A DNA stretch of 63,522 nucleotides, filler included, from 4 parts of 4 records of this genome joined end to end with filler, not necessarily neighbours in it; one strand, 5' to 3'. Shown: positions 8,896 through 20,701, counted from the whole stretch's first letter. The notes: generated by a model from the letters alone, not told the origin. Numbers and translations: made by a program.

Positions 8896-9744
8896 ATGTG
8901 TGATCAGGATCATTTCGAAGAAGATCTAAAGAAGTATTCGCGTCGTGACATGGGGACGCTTGCCGCGGCCGGAATCGGTGCCGCAATGATGCTTCCACGA
9001 GTCGCCAACGCAGCTGAAGTCAGCGAGCAGGATGTGGAAATCGAAACTCCCGACGGCAAGTGTGATGCCTACTTCGTATCACCATCGGCGAGAACGCATG
9101 CTGCGGTTTTGATTTGGCCCGACATCTTTGGTTTGCGACCCGCGTTTCGGCAAATGGGGAAACGTTTGGCTGAGTCCGGGTACAGCGTTTTGGTGGTCAA
9201 TCCTTTTTATCGCCAGCAGAAGGCACCGACCGCCGCCAACGGAGCGAACACTTCGATTGCGGATGTTCGGCCATTGGCTCGTTCTTTGACCCCCGAGACC
9301 CACACAACGGACGCAAAAGCGTTTGTGGCTTGGTTGGACAAGCAATCACAGGTGGACACGAGCAAGCCTATTGGAACGACCGGCTATTGCATGGGAGGCC
9401 CTATCGTCTTCCGAACCGCCGCTGCGGTTCCCGATCGCATCGGTGCGGCGGCAACGTTTCATGGTGGCGGATTGGTGTCTGACGGGGACGATAGCCCACA
9501 CCGATTGATTCCAAAGATGAAAGCGGAGTTTTTGATCGCAATCGCCGAGAATGATGACCAACGCGATCCCGAGGCGAAGTCGGTATTGAAGGAATCGTTT
9601 GACGAAGCGGACCTGGATGCTGAGATCGAAGTGTATCCCGCCGGGCATGGTTGGTGTCCACCTGACACTCGTGTCCATAATCCCGAGCAAGCAGAGAAAG
9701 CTTGGAGTCGGATGCTCGCCTTGTTTGAAAACGCTCTGGCGTGA
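8896..9744 (+). CDS. Dienelactone hydrolase family protein, probably Tat-exported
   Basis: PDIFGLR, GYCMGG nucleophile, ENDD, GHGW; N-terminal SRRD followed by a hydrophobic stretch and ANA cleavage site. Confidence 0.88.
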   Translation: MCDQDHFEEDLKKYSRRDMGTLAAAGIGAAMMLPRVANAAEVSEQDVEIETPDGKCDAYFVSPSARTHAAVLIWPDIFGLRPAFRQMGKRLAESGYSVLVVNPFYRQQKAPTAANGANTSIADVRPLARSLTPETHTTDAKAFVAWLDKQSQVDTSKPIGTTGYCMGGPIVFRTAAAVPDRIGAAATFHGGGLVSDGDDSPHRLIPKMKAEFLIAIAENDDQRDPEAKSVLKESFDEADLDAEIEVYPAGHGWCPPDTRVHNPEQAEKAWSRMLALFENALA

Positions 9745-9895
9745 GGATCGTCCGTTTGGCGAAGGTGGGCCGTCGACGACATAATCGCGGAACCATATCG
9801 GCAATCGTCGTTGAGCGATGGGTGCGTCCGGCATCCGCGATTTTGTGTCTGGCGTTTGAACGTGCGCTAGTCTTCGTCAATCCTTGAGAGTGATC

Positions 9896-10534
9896 ATGAG
9901 TGAGTTGAACATCATCGGTTTGTTCCCATCCTTGAGCACCTTTGTGGAACAGCGCCGAGGCGAGTTGGATTTGATTTCCGAAGAACGCCAAGACGACTTG
10001 AAGCAATTGGCGGGCTACGTTCGTGGTGAGATTCAGAAGTCTCGCCCGGTGCAGTTGACGTTCATCTGCACACATAATTCACGTCGCAGTCACTTGACGC
10101 AAATCTGGGCCAAGGTGGCCGCGGATTTGTTTGGGCTGCAGAGTGTTCAAACATTCTCCGGCGGAACGGAAGCGACGGCGATGAATCCGCGAATCGTTGC
10201 TTCGTTGAAAAGGGTTGGGTTTGAAGTCGACGTGAAGACGGAAGACGGGAGCAACCCAACTTATGCGGTTCGTTACTCCGAGCAGGCTGAACCATTGTTG
10301 TGCTCCTCAAAGGTTTACAACGAGTCACCCAATCCGGCGGGACAATTCGCGGCGGTGATGACTTGTTCAAGTGCCGATCAAGCTTGCCCGATTGTTCCCG
10401 GATGCGATCTGCGGTTGCCGATCCGTTACGAGGATCCCAAGGTGTCTGATGACACGCCTCGGGAAGCCGAAATTTACGATGAGCGATGCCGACAAATCGC
10501 GAGAGAAATGATCCACGCGATGTCGTTGGTGTAA
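9896..10534 (+). CDS. LMW-PTP-fold arsenate reductase / protein-tyrosine phosphatase
   Basis: P-loop FICTHNSRRS, SGGTE, resolving cysteines MTCSSADQACP, YEDPK. Confidence 0.85.
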   Translation: MSELNIIGLFPSLSTFVEQRRGELDLISEERQDDLKQLAGYVRGEIQKSRPVQLTFICTHNSRRSHLTQIWAKVAADLFGLQSVQTFSGGTEATAMNPRIVASLKRVGFEVDVKTEDGSNPTYAVRYSEQAEPLLCSSKVYNESPNPAGQFAAVMTCSSADQACPIVPGCDLRLPIRYEDPKVSDDTPREAEIYDERCRQIAREMIHAMSLV

Positions 10535-10867
10535 GGCTTCGGCGTCAAGCAATCCGTTGATTCGCGTGCGGCGATTAGCTCAGGAACGGTCGGAAAATAG
10601 GTACACACACTTATTCTCCGCTCATTGCGCAAGCACTCATTGTTGCCCCGGCGGTTCGTGTTCGGTCGCTGGCGGGAAGATTGTGCTCAGCAGTGAAACC
10701 ATCTCCGGAGAAGTTTCATCTTCCCGGTTCATCCGTCACGCTCAATGTTGTCGGTCGGATGATGCACCCATCGCCGACTTCTGCACGGCAATCTGCGGTC
10801 GCCCGTACTTGAATCGATGCGGCAGCGTGTCTGAAAGCATTGCTACATCGAGACTTGCGTTCATTCA

Positions 10868-10883
10868 GGGCACGCGTTTTGCG
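10868..10883 (+). promoter_or_regulatory. Putative sigma-54 (-24/-12) promoter of the alkene reductase operon
   Basis: GGGCACGCGTTTTGCG matches GGCACG-N4-TTGC with exact GG/GC spacing, about 95 bp upstream of ATG 10977. Confidence 0.55.
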
Positions 10884-10976
10884 GGACAACCCTGTAGCCG
10901 GACATATACAGTGCGACGCCATGAGAAAGTGGCGACCACTTATGTGAACCGAACAGACTGACCGAAAGCAACCCAA

Positions 10977-12134
10977 ATGGCTTCCAACAATATGAACGCT
11001 CCCGCATCGAATTCCTCCAAGTCCGCGTTGTTCCAACCACTGGAGATCGGTGGACTGACGCTACGCAATCGCATCGTGATGGCTCCGCTGACACGAGCGC
11101 GTGCCGGAGTGGAACGCATGGCCAATGAAATGATGGCCGAGTACTACACACAACGAGCTTCCGCCGGTTTGATCATCAGCGAAGCAACCGTCGTGTCTGA
11201 ACAAGGAATCGGTTGGCCTCAATCACCGGGCATCTACACCGATGAAATGGCCGAAAGTTGGAAGGTCGTGGTCGACTCGGTTCATCAAGCCGGCGGCCGT
11301 ATCTTTCTGCAGTTGTGGCACACCGGACGTGCATCGCACAGTGATTTCCACGATGGCGAACTGCCGGTCGCGCCATCGGCAATCGCCATCGAAGGTGATG
11401 GAGTGCACACCCCGTCGGGAAAGAAGCTTTACGAGGTGCCACGTGCTCTTGAAACGAGCGAACTGCCCGGCATCGTGGAGGACTATCGCAAAGCCGCCGA
11501 ACGCGCCAAGTCGGCAGGCTTCGATGGCGTAGAAGTTCACTCCGCCAACGGCTATCTGTTGGACGAATTCTTGCAGTCCAAATCCAACCATCGCGAAGAT
11601 CAATACGGCGGCAGCATTGAGAATCGTTATCGGCTACTGGGCGAAGTCGTTGATGCGGTCACGAGTGTTTGGTCCAGCGATCGTGTTGGTGTTCGGCTGG
11701 CTCCCAATGGTTCGTTCAATGACATGGGGTCGCCGGATTACATCGAGCAGTTCACCTATGTCGCTCGTCAACTCGACCAGTACGGCCTCGCGTATCTGCA
11801 CGTGATGGATGGCACCGGGTTTGGTTTTCACGAACTCGGACCCGCGATGACGCTTGCTGATTTCCGGAAGGTATTCAGTGGTACGTTGATGGGCAACGTT
11901 GGCTACACGCGGGAGTCTGCGGAAGAGGCGATTGTGGACGGAGCAGCGGATCTGATTGCCTTTGGCCGTCCTTTTATCAGCAACCCGGATCTGGTGGAGC
12001 GTTTTGAAAACGGGTGGCCTCTCGCGGAGATGGCCGACATGTCCGTTTGGTACTCACATGACGCGGAAGGCTACACCGATTTCCCAACCTACCAAGCGGA
12101 ATCGAAACAGCCCGAGTCCTGCGGAGTCGAGTAG
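10977..12134 (+). CDS. Old yellow enzyme / N-ethylmaleimide reductase-like alkene reductase
   Basis: NRIVMAPLTRAR, YYTQRASAGLIISEAT, GFDGVEVHSANGYLLDEFL, YGGSIENR, FGRPFISNPDL. Confidence 0.93.
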   Translation: MASNNMNAPASNSSKSALFQPLEIGGLTLRNRIVMAPLTRARAGVERMANEMMAEYYTQRASAGLIISEATVVSEQGIGWPQSPGIYTDEMAESWKVVVDSVHQAGGRIFLQLWHTGRASHSDFHDGELPVAPSAIAIEGDGVHTPSGKKLYEVPRALETSELPGIVEDYRKAAERAKSAGFDGVEVHSANGYLLDEFLQSKSNHREDQYGGSIENRYRLLGEVVDAVTSVWSSDRVGVRLAPNGSFNDMGSPDYIEQFTYVARQLDQYGLAYLHVMDGTGFGFHELGPAMTLADFRKVFSGTLMGNVGYTRESAEEAIVDGAADLIAFGRPFISNPDLVERFENGWPLAEMADMSVWYSHDAEGYTDFPTYQAESKQPESCGVE

Positions 12135-12209
12135 GAATCAACGAAGCTTCCGCTAAGCGTCGCCGTTGACTTGCACGCAATCCCCAATCCCTTTTGAAGA
12201 AAGATCCCA

Positions 12210-13220
12210 ATGAAGACCGTCCATGCCTACGCCGTGAAAGAATCCAAAGGAACCTTTGAAGAGTTCGAGTATGAACTTGATGAGATCGGTGCCAACGAGG
12301 TCGACATCGATGTCCAGTCATGCGGGATTTGCCACAGTGATATCAGTATGGTCGACAACGATTGGGAGATGAGCCAATACCCACTCGTTCCAGGGCATGA
12401 AGTGATCGGCAAAGTTTCGTCGGTGGGCGATCACGTCACACATTTGTCAGTGGGTGATCGCGTGGGATTGGGGTGGCATGCGGGATATTGCATGGTATGT
12501 GACCAGTGCATGAGCGGCGATCACAATCTGTGCAACGATGCTCAAGCAACGATTGGCGGACGTCACGGCGGATTCGCGGATACCGTTCGCGCCCAATCAG
12601 CCAGCGTTGTGAAGATTCCTGATTCGTTGAATGCCAAGGAAGCAGGACCTCTGTTGTGCGGAGGAATCACGGTTTTCAATCCGTTCGTACAATTGGATCT
12701 TTCACCGACCTCTTCCGTCGGCGTGATCGGGATCGGTGGACTCGGACACCTCGCCCTCAAGTTTGCAAATGCTTGGGGATGTGAAGTCACCGCTTTCACA
12801 TCCGAGTCGAAGGAAGAAGAGGCTTTGGAGATGGGGGCGCACCACACAATCAATTCGCGCGACATGGACGCGATTAAGAACACCGATCTGCGTTTTGACT
12901 TGGTGATTTCCACCATCAACGTGCCATTGGATTGGAACGCGGTCCTCGGAACCCTGAAGACTCATGGCCGTTTGCACATGGTCGGTGCACTCACGGAGCC
13001 GATGGAGATTGGATTGTTGCCGCACATGCTCTTCAACCAGCTGACGTTGGGAGCATCACCAGTGGGACCGCCGGTCATTATCCGGCGAATGTTGGACTTT
13101 GCCGCCCGCCACCAGATCGCTCCCGTGACCGAGCATTATCCGATGAGCAAAGTGAACGACGCGTTCGAACGTTTACGCAGCGGTGACGCTCGCTACCGAA
13201 TCATCTTGGATCGCGACTGA
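12210..13220 (+). CDS. ahr: Zn-dependent NADPH aldehyde reductase (Ahr/YjgB-like)
   Basis: CGICHSD, PGHEVIG, structural Zn CMVCDQC...[25 protein letters not shown]. Confidence 0.85.
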   Translation: MKTVHAYAVKESKGTFEEFEYELDEIGANEVDIDVQSCGICHSDISMVDNDWEMSQYPLVPGHEVIGKVSSVGDHVTHLSVGDRVGLGWHAGYCMVCDQCMSGDHNLCNDAQATIGGRHGGFADTVRAQSASVVKIPDSLNAKEAGPLLCGGITVFNPFVQLDLSPTSSVGVIGIGGLGHLALKFANAWGCEVTAFTSESKEEEALEMGAHHTINSRDMDAIKNTDLRFDLVISTINVPLDWNAVLGTLKTHGRLHMVGALTEPMEIGLLPHMLFNQLTLGASPVGPPVIIRRMLDFAARHQIAPVTEHYPMSKVNDAFERLRSGDARYRIILDRD

Positions 13221-13273
13221 AGCGAGGCGTCGTGATGACACTTCGCTGATTGATCAAAAAGTGGCTGTCGCAA

Positions 13274-16200
13274 TCATTCTGTATCTGGCGTGAACGTCTT
13301 TTGGATGTCTTCGAGGATCAGGTACAAGCATGGTACCAGCACGAGAATGATCGCCGTCGCGAAGAGAATGCCAAAACCGAGCGAGATCGCCATCGGGATG
13401 ATGTATTGAGCTTGCAGGGAGTCTTCGAAAATCAACGGCATCAAACCGCCGAAGGTTGTCAGGGTGGTCAACAAGATCGGACGGAATCGACGCAATCCGG
13501 CTTGTGAAATGGCATCAAAGGCGGACTGGTTTTTTCGGTGACGGTTCGCATAGTCAATCATGATCAGGGAGTCATTGATGACAACGCCCGACAAAGCAAT
13601 CACACCCATCAAGCTGACCAGCGACAGGTCGTAACCGAGCATGATGTGACCGATGATTGCGCCCACGACGCCGAAGGGGATGGCGACCAAGACAATCAGT
13701 GGTTGCACATAGCCTTTGAATGCGATGGCGAGCAGCGAATAGATGACCGCGAGTGCCAAGCCGAACGATCCCCAGAGTGACGCCGTGGCCTGTCGCATTT
13801 CCGCGTCACTGCCTTCAAAGCTCCATGTGATCCCCGGGAAGTCCTCGCGAAGCTTTGGGAGTTCCGAATTTTGCAAGGCTTCGATGACTTGAGTGGCAGC
13901 GCGTTTGGGTTCGACATCCATTGAGACACTAATCGTTCGACGGCCGTCGCGACGATTGATAGATCGAAACGCCAGCGTTTCTTCCACCTCGGCAACGTCC
14001 AACAACGGAACCTCGGCTCCGCTCGGCGTGCGAATGATCAAATCTTCCAAGCTATGAATGTCTTCACGCTGTTCTTCGGGAAGTTTGACTCGGACTTCGG
14101 TTTCGTTGGTTCCACGAATCAGCCGAAGCGCCAACGATCCAAAGAACGCACCTCGTAGTTGCTCACCCAGTTCTTCATCGGTCAAGCCAAGCGAACGCCC
14201 CTCCGGTCGAAGTCGGAAATCGTACTGAGTCTTTCCTTTGTTGTAGTTGTCGTTGACATCCCGAGCGTTGGAATACAGCTTGACGCGATCAACGAACGCG
14301 GTGGCGGCTTGCTCCAGCACGTCAATGTCGCTGTGGCTGAGGTCGATGCTGATGTCACGACGGTGACCGCCCGGCCCTCGTTCGGCTTCAAATGTGACTT
14401 GATTGACGCCTGGCAAATCGCCGATGTGCTCACGCCACAAATCGATGACTTCGTTGGCTGTCATGTCTCGTTGATCCGGTGGTTTCATCACGATTTCGAC
14501 GTCGATGAAACTCTGGCCACGAACATTGGTTTTGATGCCTTCGGCAACCTCGTAAAGGTTGTGTTCTTCAAACATCTTGATGCTGGCCTTCGTCACCGTG
14601 TCCGCAATTTTCGCGGCTTGAGCCTGGGTCGTGCCAACTGGCATCCGCACACCGGCTTCGATTTCATCGGCTGAGACTTCCGGCATCAGGATCAATCCCA
14701 TGTGTGCACTGGTCGCATAGCCTCCGATGACAACGAACAACGCGAGAGCCAAAGAGGCGGTCACGTATCGATGCCGAAGGCTGAGGATCAGGACGGGACG
14801 ATAAAAGAACTCCACCAAACGGTTGAATCCTTGGCTGAATCGTTGCTGCACATGATGCAAACGTGCACCGATGCTGTTGGGATTTCGACCCGCGTCGCGA
14901 GCATGGGCCAAGTGAGCCGGAAGAATGAACAGGGATTCGACCAACGACAATGCCAGAACGATGATCACAACGACTGGCAACGGTCCCCAGAACTTGCCTG
15001 TTTCGCCGGGGATGAACAGCAGCGGAACAAACGCGACGATATTTGTCAGGATGCTGAACGTTACTGGTCCCGAGACTTCTTTGGTGCCTTCGACGGCGGC
15101 GGCCTCGTGATCCTTGAGTGTCTGTCGTTTCTCGTAAACGTTTTCTCCCACGACCACCGCGTCATCGACCACGATGCCCAGCACGACAAGAAAACCAAAC
15201 AACGAGATCATGTTGATGCTGACACCGGCGGCGGGCAACAGCAGCACACCGCCGATGAAAGAAACCGCCATTCCCATCATCACCCAGAATGCCAAGCGGA
15301 ATTCGAGGAACAAGGAAAGAATCACGAGCACGATGACCACCGCCATCGCAGCATTCTCGGCGACCAACATCAGACGTCGGCGGAATTCTTCGGCGTTGTT
15401 GCTGTCAATTCTCCACTTCACGCCTGGTGGAAGAGCCGTTTCGAATTCCTCCATCGTCTCTTGGACCGCTTCGGCCACATCCATCGGTGATTGAGAACCG
15501 ACACGATAGATGTCGAGTTCGACCGAGGGTGTTTGGCTGAATTGTGAATGGAAACCGACTTCTTCGAATCCGTCGCGAATGGTAGCGATGTCGCCAAGCG
15601 TCACCATTGGGCCATCACGCCCGGCCACAATTTCGATGCCGGCGAACTCTTCGGCCCACTGTTTTCGAGCTTTGACACGAAGCAGGATTTCGCCGGCGGT
15701 CGTTTGCACGGAACCGGCCGCAACATCTTGGCTGGACGTGCGAATGATTTCCGCAACGTCGGGAAGAGTCAGCCCATACTCGCGCAAGCGTTGACGTGGG
15801 ATTTCGACATGCGTGACGTAGGCTGGAACTCGACGCAATTCGACTTGCGTGATTTGTTCTTTGGATTGCAGTTGATCGCGAAGTTGCTCGGCCAGTTTTC
15901 GCAATGCCCAAACGTCGATCGGACCATAAATCGCGACCTGCATCACTTCTTGTTGACGAGACTGCAACCGGACTTCGGGTTGTTCGATTTGATCCGGGAA
16001 TGTGCGAATCCGGCTGACTGCTTGGTCAACGTCCTGCAGCACCTTCATCCGGTCTTCGCCGCCGACCAATTCGATCAGAAGTTCACCACGGCCTTCGCGA
16101 GCTTCGCTGGTGACTTCTCGAATGCCTTCGACGCCGCGAACGGCCTCTTCGATCGGACGCAGGATGCCCTGTTCAACTTCTTCCGGGGCGGCACCCGGAT

Positions 16201-16381
16201 ATCCAACGGCGACCTCAACGATGTCGAGTTGAAACTGAGGGAAGACTTCTTTTTGAATCGCAAACGCCGACCAGATGCCTCCACCGAGCAGCAGCAACAT
16301 CAGCAAGTTGGCCGCAATGGAATTACGAGCCATCCATGCGATGGGGCCACCTTCGGGAACCATCTTGCTCAACGAAGTCAC
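13274..16381 (-). CDS. RND efflux permease (AcrB/AcrD/AcrF family)
   Basis: 1035 aa; [41 protein letters not shown]. Confidence 0.95.
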   Translation of the reverse strand: MTSLSKMVPEGGPIAWMARNSIAANLLMLLLLGGGIWSAFAIQKEVFPQFQLDIVEVAVGYPGAAPEEVEQGILRPIEEAVRGVEGIREVTSEAREGRGELLIELVGGEDRMKVLQDVDQAVSRIRTFPDQIEQPEVRLQSRQQEVMQVAIYGPIDVWALRKLAEQLRDQLQSKEQITQVELRRVPAYVTHVEIPRQRLREYGLTLPDVAEIIRTSSQDVAAGSVQTTAGEILLRVKARKQWAEEFAGIEIVAGRDGPMVTLGDIATIRDGFEEVGFHSQFSQTPSVELDIYRVGSQSPMDVAEAVQETMEEFETALPPGVKWRIDSNNAEEFRRRLMLVAENAAMAVVIVLVILSLFLEFRLAFWVMMGMAVSFIGGVLLLPAAGVSINMISLFGFLVVLGIVVDDAVVVGENVYEKRQTLKDHEAAAVEGTKEVSGPVTFSILTNIVAFVPLLFIPGETGKFWGPLPVVVIIVLALSLVESLFILPAHLAHARDAGRNPNSIGARLHHVQQRFSQGFNRLVEFFYRPVLILSLRHRYVTASLALALFVVIGGYATSAHMGLILMPEVSADEIEAGVRMPVGTTQAQAAKIADTVTKASIKMFEEHNLYEVAEGIKTNVRGQSFIDVEIVMKPPDQRDMTANEVIDLWREHIGDLPGVNQVTFEAERGPGGHRRDISIDLSHSDIDVLEQAATAFVDRVKLYSNARDVNDNYNKGKTQYDFRLRPEGRSLGLTDEELGEQLRGAFFGSLALRLIRGTNETEVRVKLPEEQREDIHSLEDLIIRTPSGAEVPLLDVAEVEETLAFRSINRRDGRRTISVSMDVEPKRAATQVIEALQNSELPKLREDFPGITWSFEGSDAEMRQATASLWGSFGLALAVIYSLLAIAFKGYVQPLIVLVAIPFGVVGAIIGHIMLGYDLSLVSLMGVIALSGVVINDSLIMIDYANRHRKNQSAFDAISQAGLRRFRPILLTTLTTFGGLMPLIFEDSLQAQYIIPMAISLGFGILFATAIILVLVPCLYLILEDIQKTFTPDTE

Positions 16382-17640
16382 TCGGTTGTCTCCTCGGTTT
16401 CATCGGAGTCAACGGTCTCTTCGTTCGATTCTTCATCGTCCGTGATTTTTCGCAATCCAACACCATCAGCCACCGTCGCCAATGTCGTGGTCACGATGTC
16501 TTCGCCTTCTTCAATTCCTTCGCGAATGTAAGCGTACTCGGCGTCACGAAAGGCCACCTGAGTCTCGCGAATTTCGAGTTGTTCCTCTTTCATCACCCAG
16601 ACAGTGTCTTGATCTCGGACGTAATCGCGAGGCAAACGGATCACATCGTTGATCTCTTTGCCTTCAATTTGTGTTTCGATCAACGTGTCCAAAATCAACG
16701 GTGGTGCATCGGATTCTCGTCCGAGCGGATCAGCGACGGTGATCAACACACGGGCCAGCCGAGTTTGTTGGTCGAGGGTTCCGATCAGCCGAGCAACCCG
16801 GCCTTCGCGTTGGGCGTCGGGCCCCCAAGCATCTGTGTTGCGCAGGATCACCTTGGATCCTTCGGTTGATGTTCCATCTTCGCTGGTTTTGGGGAATTGA
16901 ATCCATCGCAGTGTTCGAATGGGAACCGCCGCCATGATCCAGTACTCATCCACACCGATCAAACGCGCGAGCTCATCGCCCGGTCTGACTTGAGAACCGA
17001 TGTTGACCGATTGCGTCAGAATTTGAGCATCGAAGGGAGCGGTGACTTCCGTTCGATCGAGGTCCAACTGAGCGCGTTCCAGCGATGCCTTTGCCGCTGC
17101 CATCTCCGCTTTGATTGATGCGATTTGTGGTTCCCGCAATACGAGGCCGCGGTTGGTATCGTCGATGGTGTCTTGGAGCATTTCTAGCTCTTTCACCGCC
17201 AGACGTTGGCGCGCTTGTTCGATTTCCCACAACGCTTCCTTTTGCAGCAATTCACTGTTGCTGATCGAGACCGCATTTTCGAAATCCGATGGGTCGATCC
17301 GCAGCAACAGATCTCCCTTGCTGACCATGCCGCCGGGAATGAATTCGGGCGAGAGCTCAACCACTTGGCCGCTGATTCGTGGGCCGAGCGTGATATCTTG
17401 GGCCGGTTCGACGGTTCCAAGCACCACCAACTGAGGCGAGTAGGTGCCTCGTTCCGCGGTGATGGTGTTCACCAAAGCGGACGATTTTCGCGTCGCGTTG
17501 ACCTGCTGAGCGGTGGGTTCGGTCTTGTTGATCACGACCACCGCAGCGGCGGACGCACCTAGAATTGCCAAGCAGGTGATGGTGGTACCAAGGATGCGAA
17601 GCCAGCGCCAATTGGGTCGCTGTTTCGACGCATCACTCAT
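16378..17640 (-). CDS. RND periplasmic adaptor (membrane fusion protein)
   Basis: N-terminal [11 protein letters not shown]...GDLLLRID, helical hairpin, VTAPFDA; overlaps both neighbours. Start at ATG 17640. Confidence 0.9.
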   Translation of the reverse strand: MSDASKQRPNWRWLRILGTTITCLAILGASAAAVVVINKTEPTAQQVNATRKSSALVNTITAERGTYSPQLVVLGTVEPAQDITLGPRISGQVVELSPEFIPGGMVSKGDLLLRIDPSDFENAVSISNSELLQKEALWEIEQARQRLAVKELEMLQDTIDDTNRGLVLREPQIASIKAEMAAAKASLERAQLDLDRTEVTAPFDAQILTQSVNIGSQVRPGDELARLIGVDEYWIMAAVPIRTLRWIQFPKTSEDGTSTEGSKVILRNTDAWGPDAQREGRVARLIGTLDQQTRLARVLITVADPLGRESDAPPLILDTLIETQIEGKEINDVIRLPRDYVRDQDTVWVMKEEQLEIRETQVAFRDAEYAYIREGIEEGEDIVTTTLATVADGVGLRKITDDEESNEETVDSDETEETTE

Positions 17641-19066
17641 CGACGACGGTCTCCGGGATGATTTCCACGGTGGATTCCAATAATTCAAAGTCTTGTGGAC
17701 GGGTGTCAAAATCGCCTGCCAACGCCAAGTACAGCGAGACGCGAATGAGCACCAAGTCTAGTTGAGCCGAAAGCGTTTCGCGCTGCAATCTTTGCTGTGC
17801 CGTGATTGCACTGAGCACGTCCAGATATGTCGCATCGCTGATCAGGTATTGCTCTCTCAGCTGTTCGGATGACTGTCGCGCCAGTTCGACCTGATTTTCC
17901 AGGTGCTCGATTCGTTCGAGCTGGTATCGTTCTTGGGCCAACGCGTCCTCGACTTCGCTGAATGCGTTCAGCATGGTCTGCCCATAAACATTGAACAATT
18001 CGCGTTTGACCGCGGCGTTCCGGTCGACTTCAGCCCGACGTTGCCCACCGTCAAACAGCGGGGCGATCATCTGTGCACCGATGGATACAAACCAATCGCG
18101 GAACAACGTTTCGGGGGATTCCGACACGTTCAGCAGCGATCCCGTGAGATTGATCCGGGGATATTGGGCACTGATCGCGGAAGCCAGGTCTCGGTCAGCA
18201 GCACGGAAGGCCAGGTAATCTCGCCGAACGTCTGGACGACGCTGCAGCAACTCCGAGGGCAGGCCCGTCGAAGGCAGAGGGGGCAATGGCGGCAGAATTG
18301 ATCCGGGGTCGTATTCCGCGGCTTGAGGCATCTCGCCGAGCAACACTGCGAGTTGATGTTCCAAGACTTCGATGCGAACTTTTTCGACGACAATTTGTTC
18401 CAACGTCGCTTCGACCAATTGTCGCTGCCGAAGCACGTCGGGGCTGCGGATCAATCCTGAGGCGAAGCGTGCTTCTTGCAACGCCAACCCCATCTCATTG
18501 TTATCAAGTTGCTCGTTGAGCAGTTTGATCTGGGCGTGGCCTTCGATCAGAGAGAACCACGTTCGAGCAATCTCCGCGGTCAGGGTCAATGCGATCGCGT
18601 GGTAGTCTTCACGCGTGGCGGATGTTCGCAAGCGTTCGGCATCCACGCGGGATTCGATTTCGCCCCACAAGTCGACTTGGTATCCAGCTTCCAATCCCCA
18701 AATGAAACTGGATCGATCTCTACCAGGACCCATCGTACTGCCGTAGTCGGCAACACCATTCAGATCCGGCCAGAGGTCCGATGCTTCGCGACGTGTAACC
18801 GCTCGAGCCGCATACAAACGTTGTAGAGCCGCGGCGAGAGTGAAGTTGCCTTGCAGTGCGACATCGATCTCTGCGTTGAGCGTTGGATCGTTGAAACTGG
18901 TCCACCAGCGGTCCGGCGGAATCACTTCACCGGGAGTCGAAAACGGCGGCGGGGTTTGCGTGCGAAAGGTCCACGTGCTGTCTGGATTGGCGCAGCCGAC
19001 ACCGACCAATAGCATTGCAATGAGCCATCGGGCGGGGAGAAACCTCGCGAATCGAACCATAGACAT
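17633..19066 (-). CDS. TolC/NodT-family outer-membrane efflux lipoprotein
   Basis: Lipobox [37 protein letters not shown]; start uncertain (ORF open to 19117). Confidence 0.9.
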   Translation of the reverse strand: MSMVRFARFLPARWLIAMLLVGVGCANPDSTWTFRTQTPPPFSTPGEVIPPDRWWTSFNDPTLNAEIDVALQGNFTLAAALQRLYAARAVTRREASDLWPDLNGVADYGSTMGPGRDRSSFIWGLEAGYQVDLWGEIESRVDAERLRTSATREDYHAIALTLTAEIARTWFSLIEGHAQIKLLNEQLDNNEMGLALQEARFASGLIRSPDVLRQRQLVEATLEQIVVEKVRIEVLEHQLAVLLGEMPQAAEYDPGSILPPLPPLPSTGLPSELLQRRPDVRRDYLAFRAADRDLASAISAQYPRINLTGSLLNVSESPETLFRDWFVSIGAQMIAPLFDGGQRRAEVDRNAAVKRELFNVYGQTMLNAFSEVEDALAQERYQLERIEHLENQVELARQSSEQLREQYLISDATYLDVLSAITAQQRLQRETLSAQLDLVLIRVSLYLALAGDFDTRPQDFELLESTVEIIPETVVDE

Positions 19067-19136
19067 GAAGGCCGGATTACGAGATTCGGCGGCCCGAAAT
19101 CCAGTCCAATTCAACACTTGTTACATAGCTCGGTGG

Positions 19137-20189
19137 CTATTCGTTGTGTTTCACGCTCGTTGAATGTTTCATGCTTCTTGAAAGGGCGATGACCGCCCAA
19201 GCACTGCCCCAGTCATTCGCGGTTGGCGTCGCCTTGCCCTTCGCGGATGCTTTTGTGCCGGGAACTTTCCATCGCCCATTGGGTTCCTGAGTCGCGAGGA
19301 GGTAGCTCACCGCGCGATCCAAAACACTCGATTCCGTTCCTGTCATTGCCAGAGCATGCAGAGCGTATCCGGTGCCCAGTGCGTCGCTGGCGTCTGCTAG
19401 TTTCCAGCCCCATCCACCATCTTCATTTTGGTGCGCTATCAAAGCCGCCTGCCATCGTTGGGTTGATGAGTGGGACGGCGATTGTCCAGGCCGACGTCGA
19501 TTCATCTCGTGAGCTAACAGCAACCGAGTGGCCAGGAATTCCGTCGACTCGGGCTCGTCGATGGAGTCGATGAACCGAATCGCGGTGGATGGATCAAACT
19601 CAACCGACTCTGTTAACAAGGCGAGCGCCGTCCAGGCCGTCGTTGTGGCGGTGGTCTCTTTGGTTGGTCGACGTTGTGCAGGAAGTTGACCGCACGCACG
19701 CCAAGATCCGTCGGCGGCTTGTTCTTCGAGAAGGTTCTCTGCAAGACGCGACCGCCAGGCGGTCGCGTTGGGAGCACTGGATGCATTCGTCGGAGGGATC
19801 GCCAGCAAAAGTTGCGTCATCGTGTCGATGTTCGATGCCATCGTCGCCGCATGATCCAGGTCCGTCTTTTGCTCTGGTTTGACAAAGTTGACGACGTCAG
19901 TGGACCAGCGTTCCCAATCACCGAGCTGGTCGGAATCGACCATGGATTCAGTTTGTCGAGCAGCTTCGTGACTCCAAATCAGCGTCGGGATTTGATGGCA
20001 TGAAACACAGCCACGTTTTTCGATCCACCGTTCGCCGGCTTGCCGAACGTATTGCAAACCACGTTGGATCGAACGCGTGGTTTCTTGCGACCCATTTGCA
20101 TCCTGTGACCACGCAGGTTGGTCAGCCAACGCCACCCCACCGATCCAAATCAATGCACTCAACGCGGCGACGCGAGATTGGAGAGTCAT
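19137..20189 (-). CDS. Secreted prenyltransferase/squalene-oxidase (QW) repeat protein with one CxxCH motif
   Basis: Signal peptide; GCVSCHQ; QW-type repeats QAADGSW, QNEDGGW, QEPNGRW; no DXDD cyclase motif seen. Confidence 0.7.
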   Translation of the reverse strand: MTLQSRVAALSALIWIGGVALADQPAWSQDANGSQETTRSIQRGLQYVRQAGERWIEKRGCVSCHQIPTLIWSHEAARQTESMVDSDQLGDWERWSTDVVNFVKPEQKTDLDHAATMASNIDTMTQLLLAIPPTNASSAPNATAWRSRLAENLLEEQAADGSWRACGQLPAQRRPTKETTATTTAWTALALLTESVEFDPSTAIRFIDSIDEPESTEFLATRLLLAHEMNRRRPGQSPSHSSTQRWQAALIAHQNEDGGWGWKLADASDALGTGYALHALAMTGTESSVLDRAVSYLLATQEPNGRWKVPGTKASAKGKATPTANDWGSAWAVIALSRSMKHSTSVKHNE

Positions 20190-20260
20190 AGAGGGTGCCG
20201 TTGGGAAAAAGGAACGCGGATACCGCTATCCTATCCTGATCGCATCCTTCGCGTTCCCGA

Positions 20261-20611
20261 TCAGGTGTCGAGAATCTCAGCGATCTTTTCGGTTGGGCGA
20301 CCAATCGCCGCTTTTCCCTCGTGGATTACGATCGGACGTTCGATCAACTTGGGGTGTTCCACCATCGTGGCGATCCATTGTTGATTCGTCAGGGTTTGTT
20401 CACCCAGATTGAGCTCTTTGAACAGAGGTTCCTTTTTGCGAACCAACGCTTCGGCGGGAATGCCCAACAGTTTGACGATCTCGGCGAGTTCTTTCTTGCT
20501 CGGCGGAGTCTCCAAGTACTTGATGACCTCCGCTTTGACGCCTCGTTCTTCCAGCAGCTGCAAAGCTTGACGAGACTTCGTGCACCGCGGGTTGTGATAG
20601 ATCTTGGTCAT
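20261..20611 (-). CDS. arsC: Arsenate reductase, glutaredoxin-type (ArsC/Spx family)
   Basis: IYHNPRCTKSR, KYLETPP, LIERPIV, IGRP; start at ATG 20611. Confidence 0.85.
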   Translation of the reverse strand: MTKIYHNPRCTKSRQALQLLEERGVKAEVIKYLETPPSKKELAEIVKLLGIPAEALVRKKEPLFKELNLGEQTLTNQQWIATMVEHPKLIERPIVIHEGKAAIGRPTEKIAEILDT

Positions 20612-20701
20612 GCTGGGGTGAGTTGAGGTTGGAGTGTATGTCAGAGTTGGATTGGGTTGGATCAAGCGACGCGAATATTCGAAACGCCGGGGCGGGATCG
20701 T

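Noticed and set aside
10557-10961. 134-aa ORF in the gap before the alkene reductase
   Set aside because: TTG start, no motif, and it overlaps the predicted promoter
19137-20189. Squalene-hopene cyclase
   Set aside because: About half the expected length, has a signal peptide and lacks DXDD
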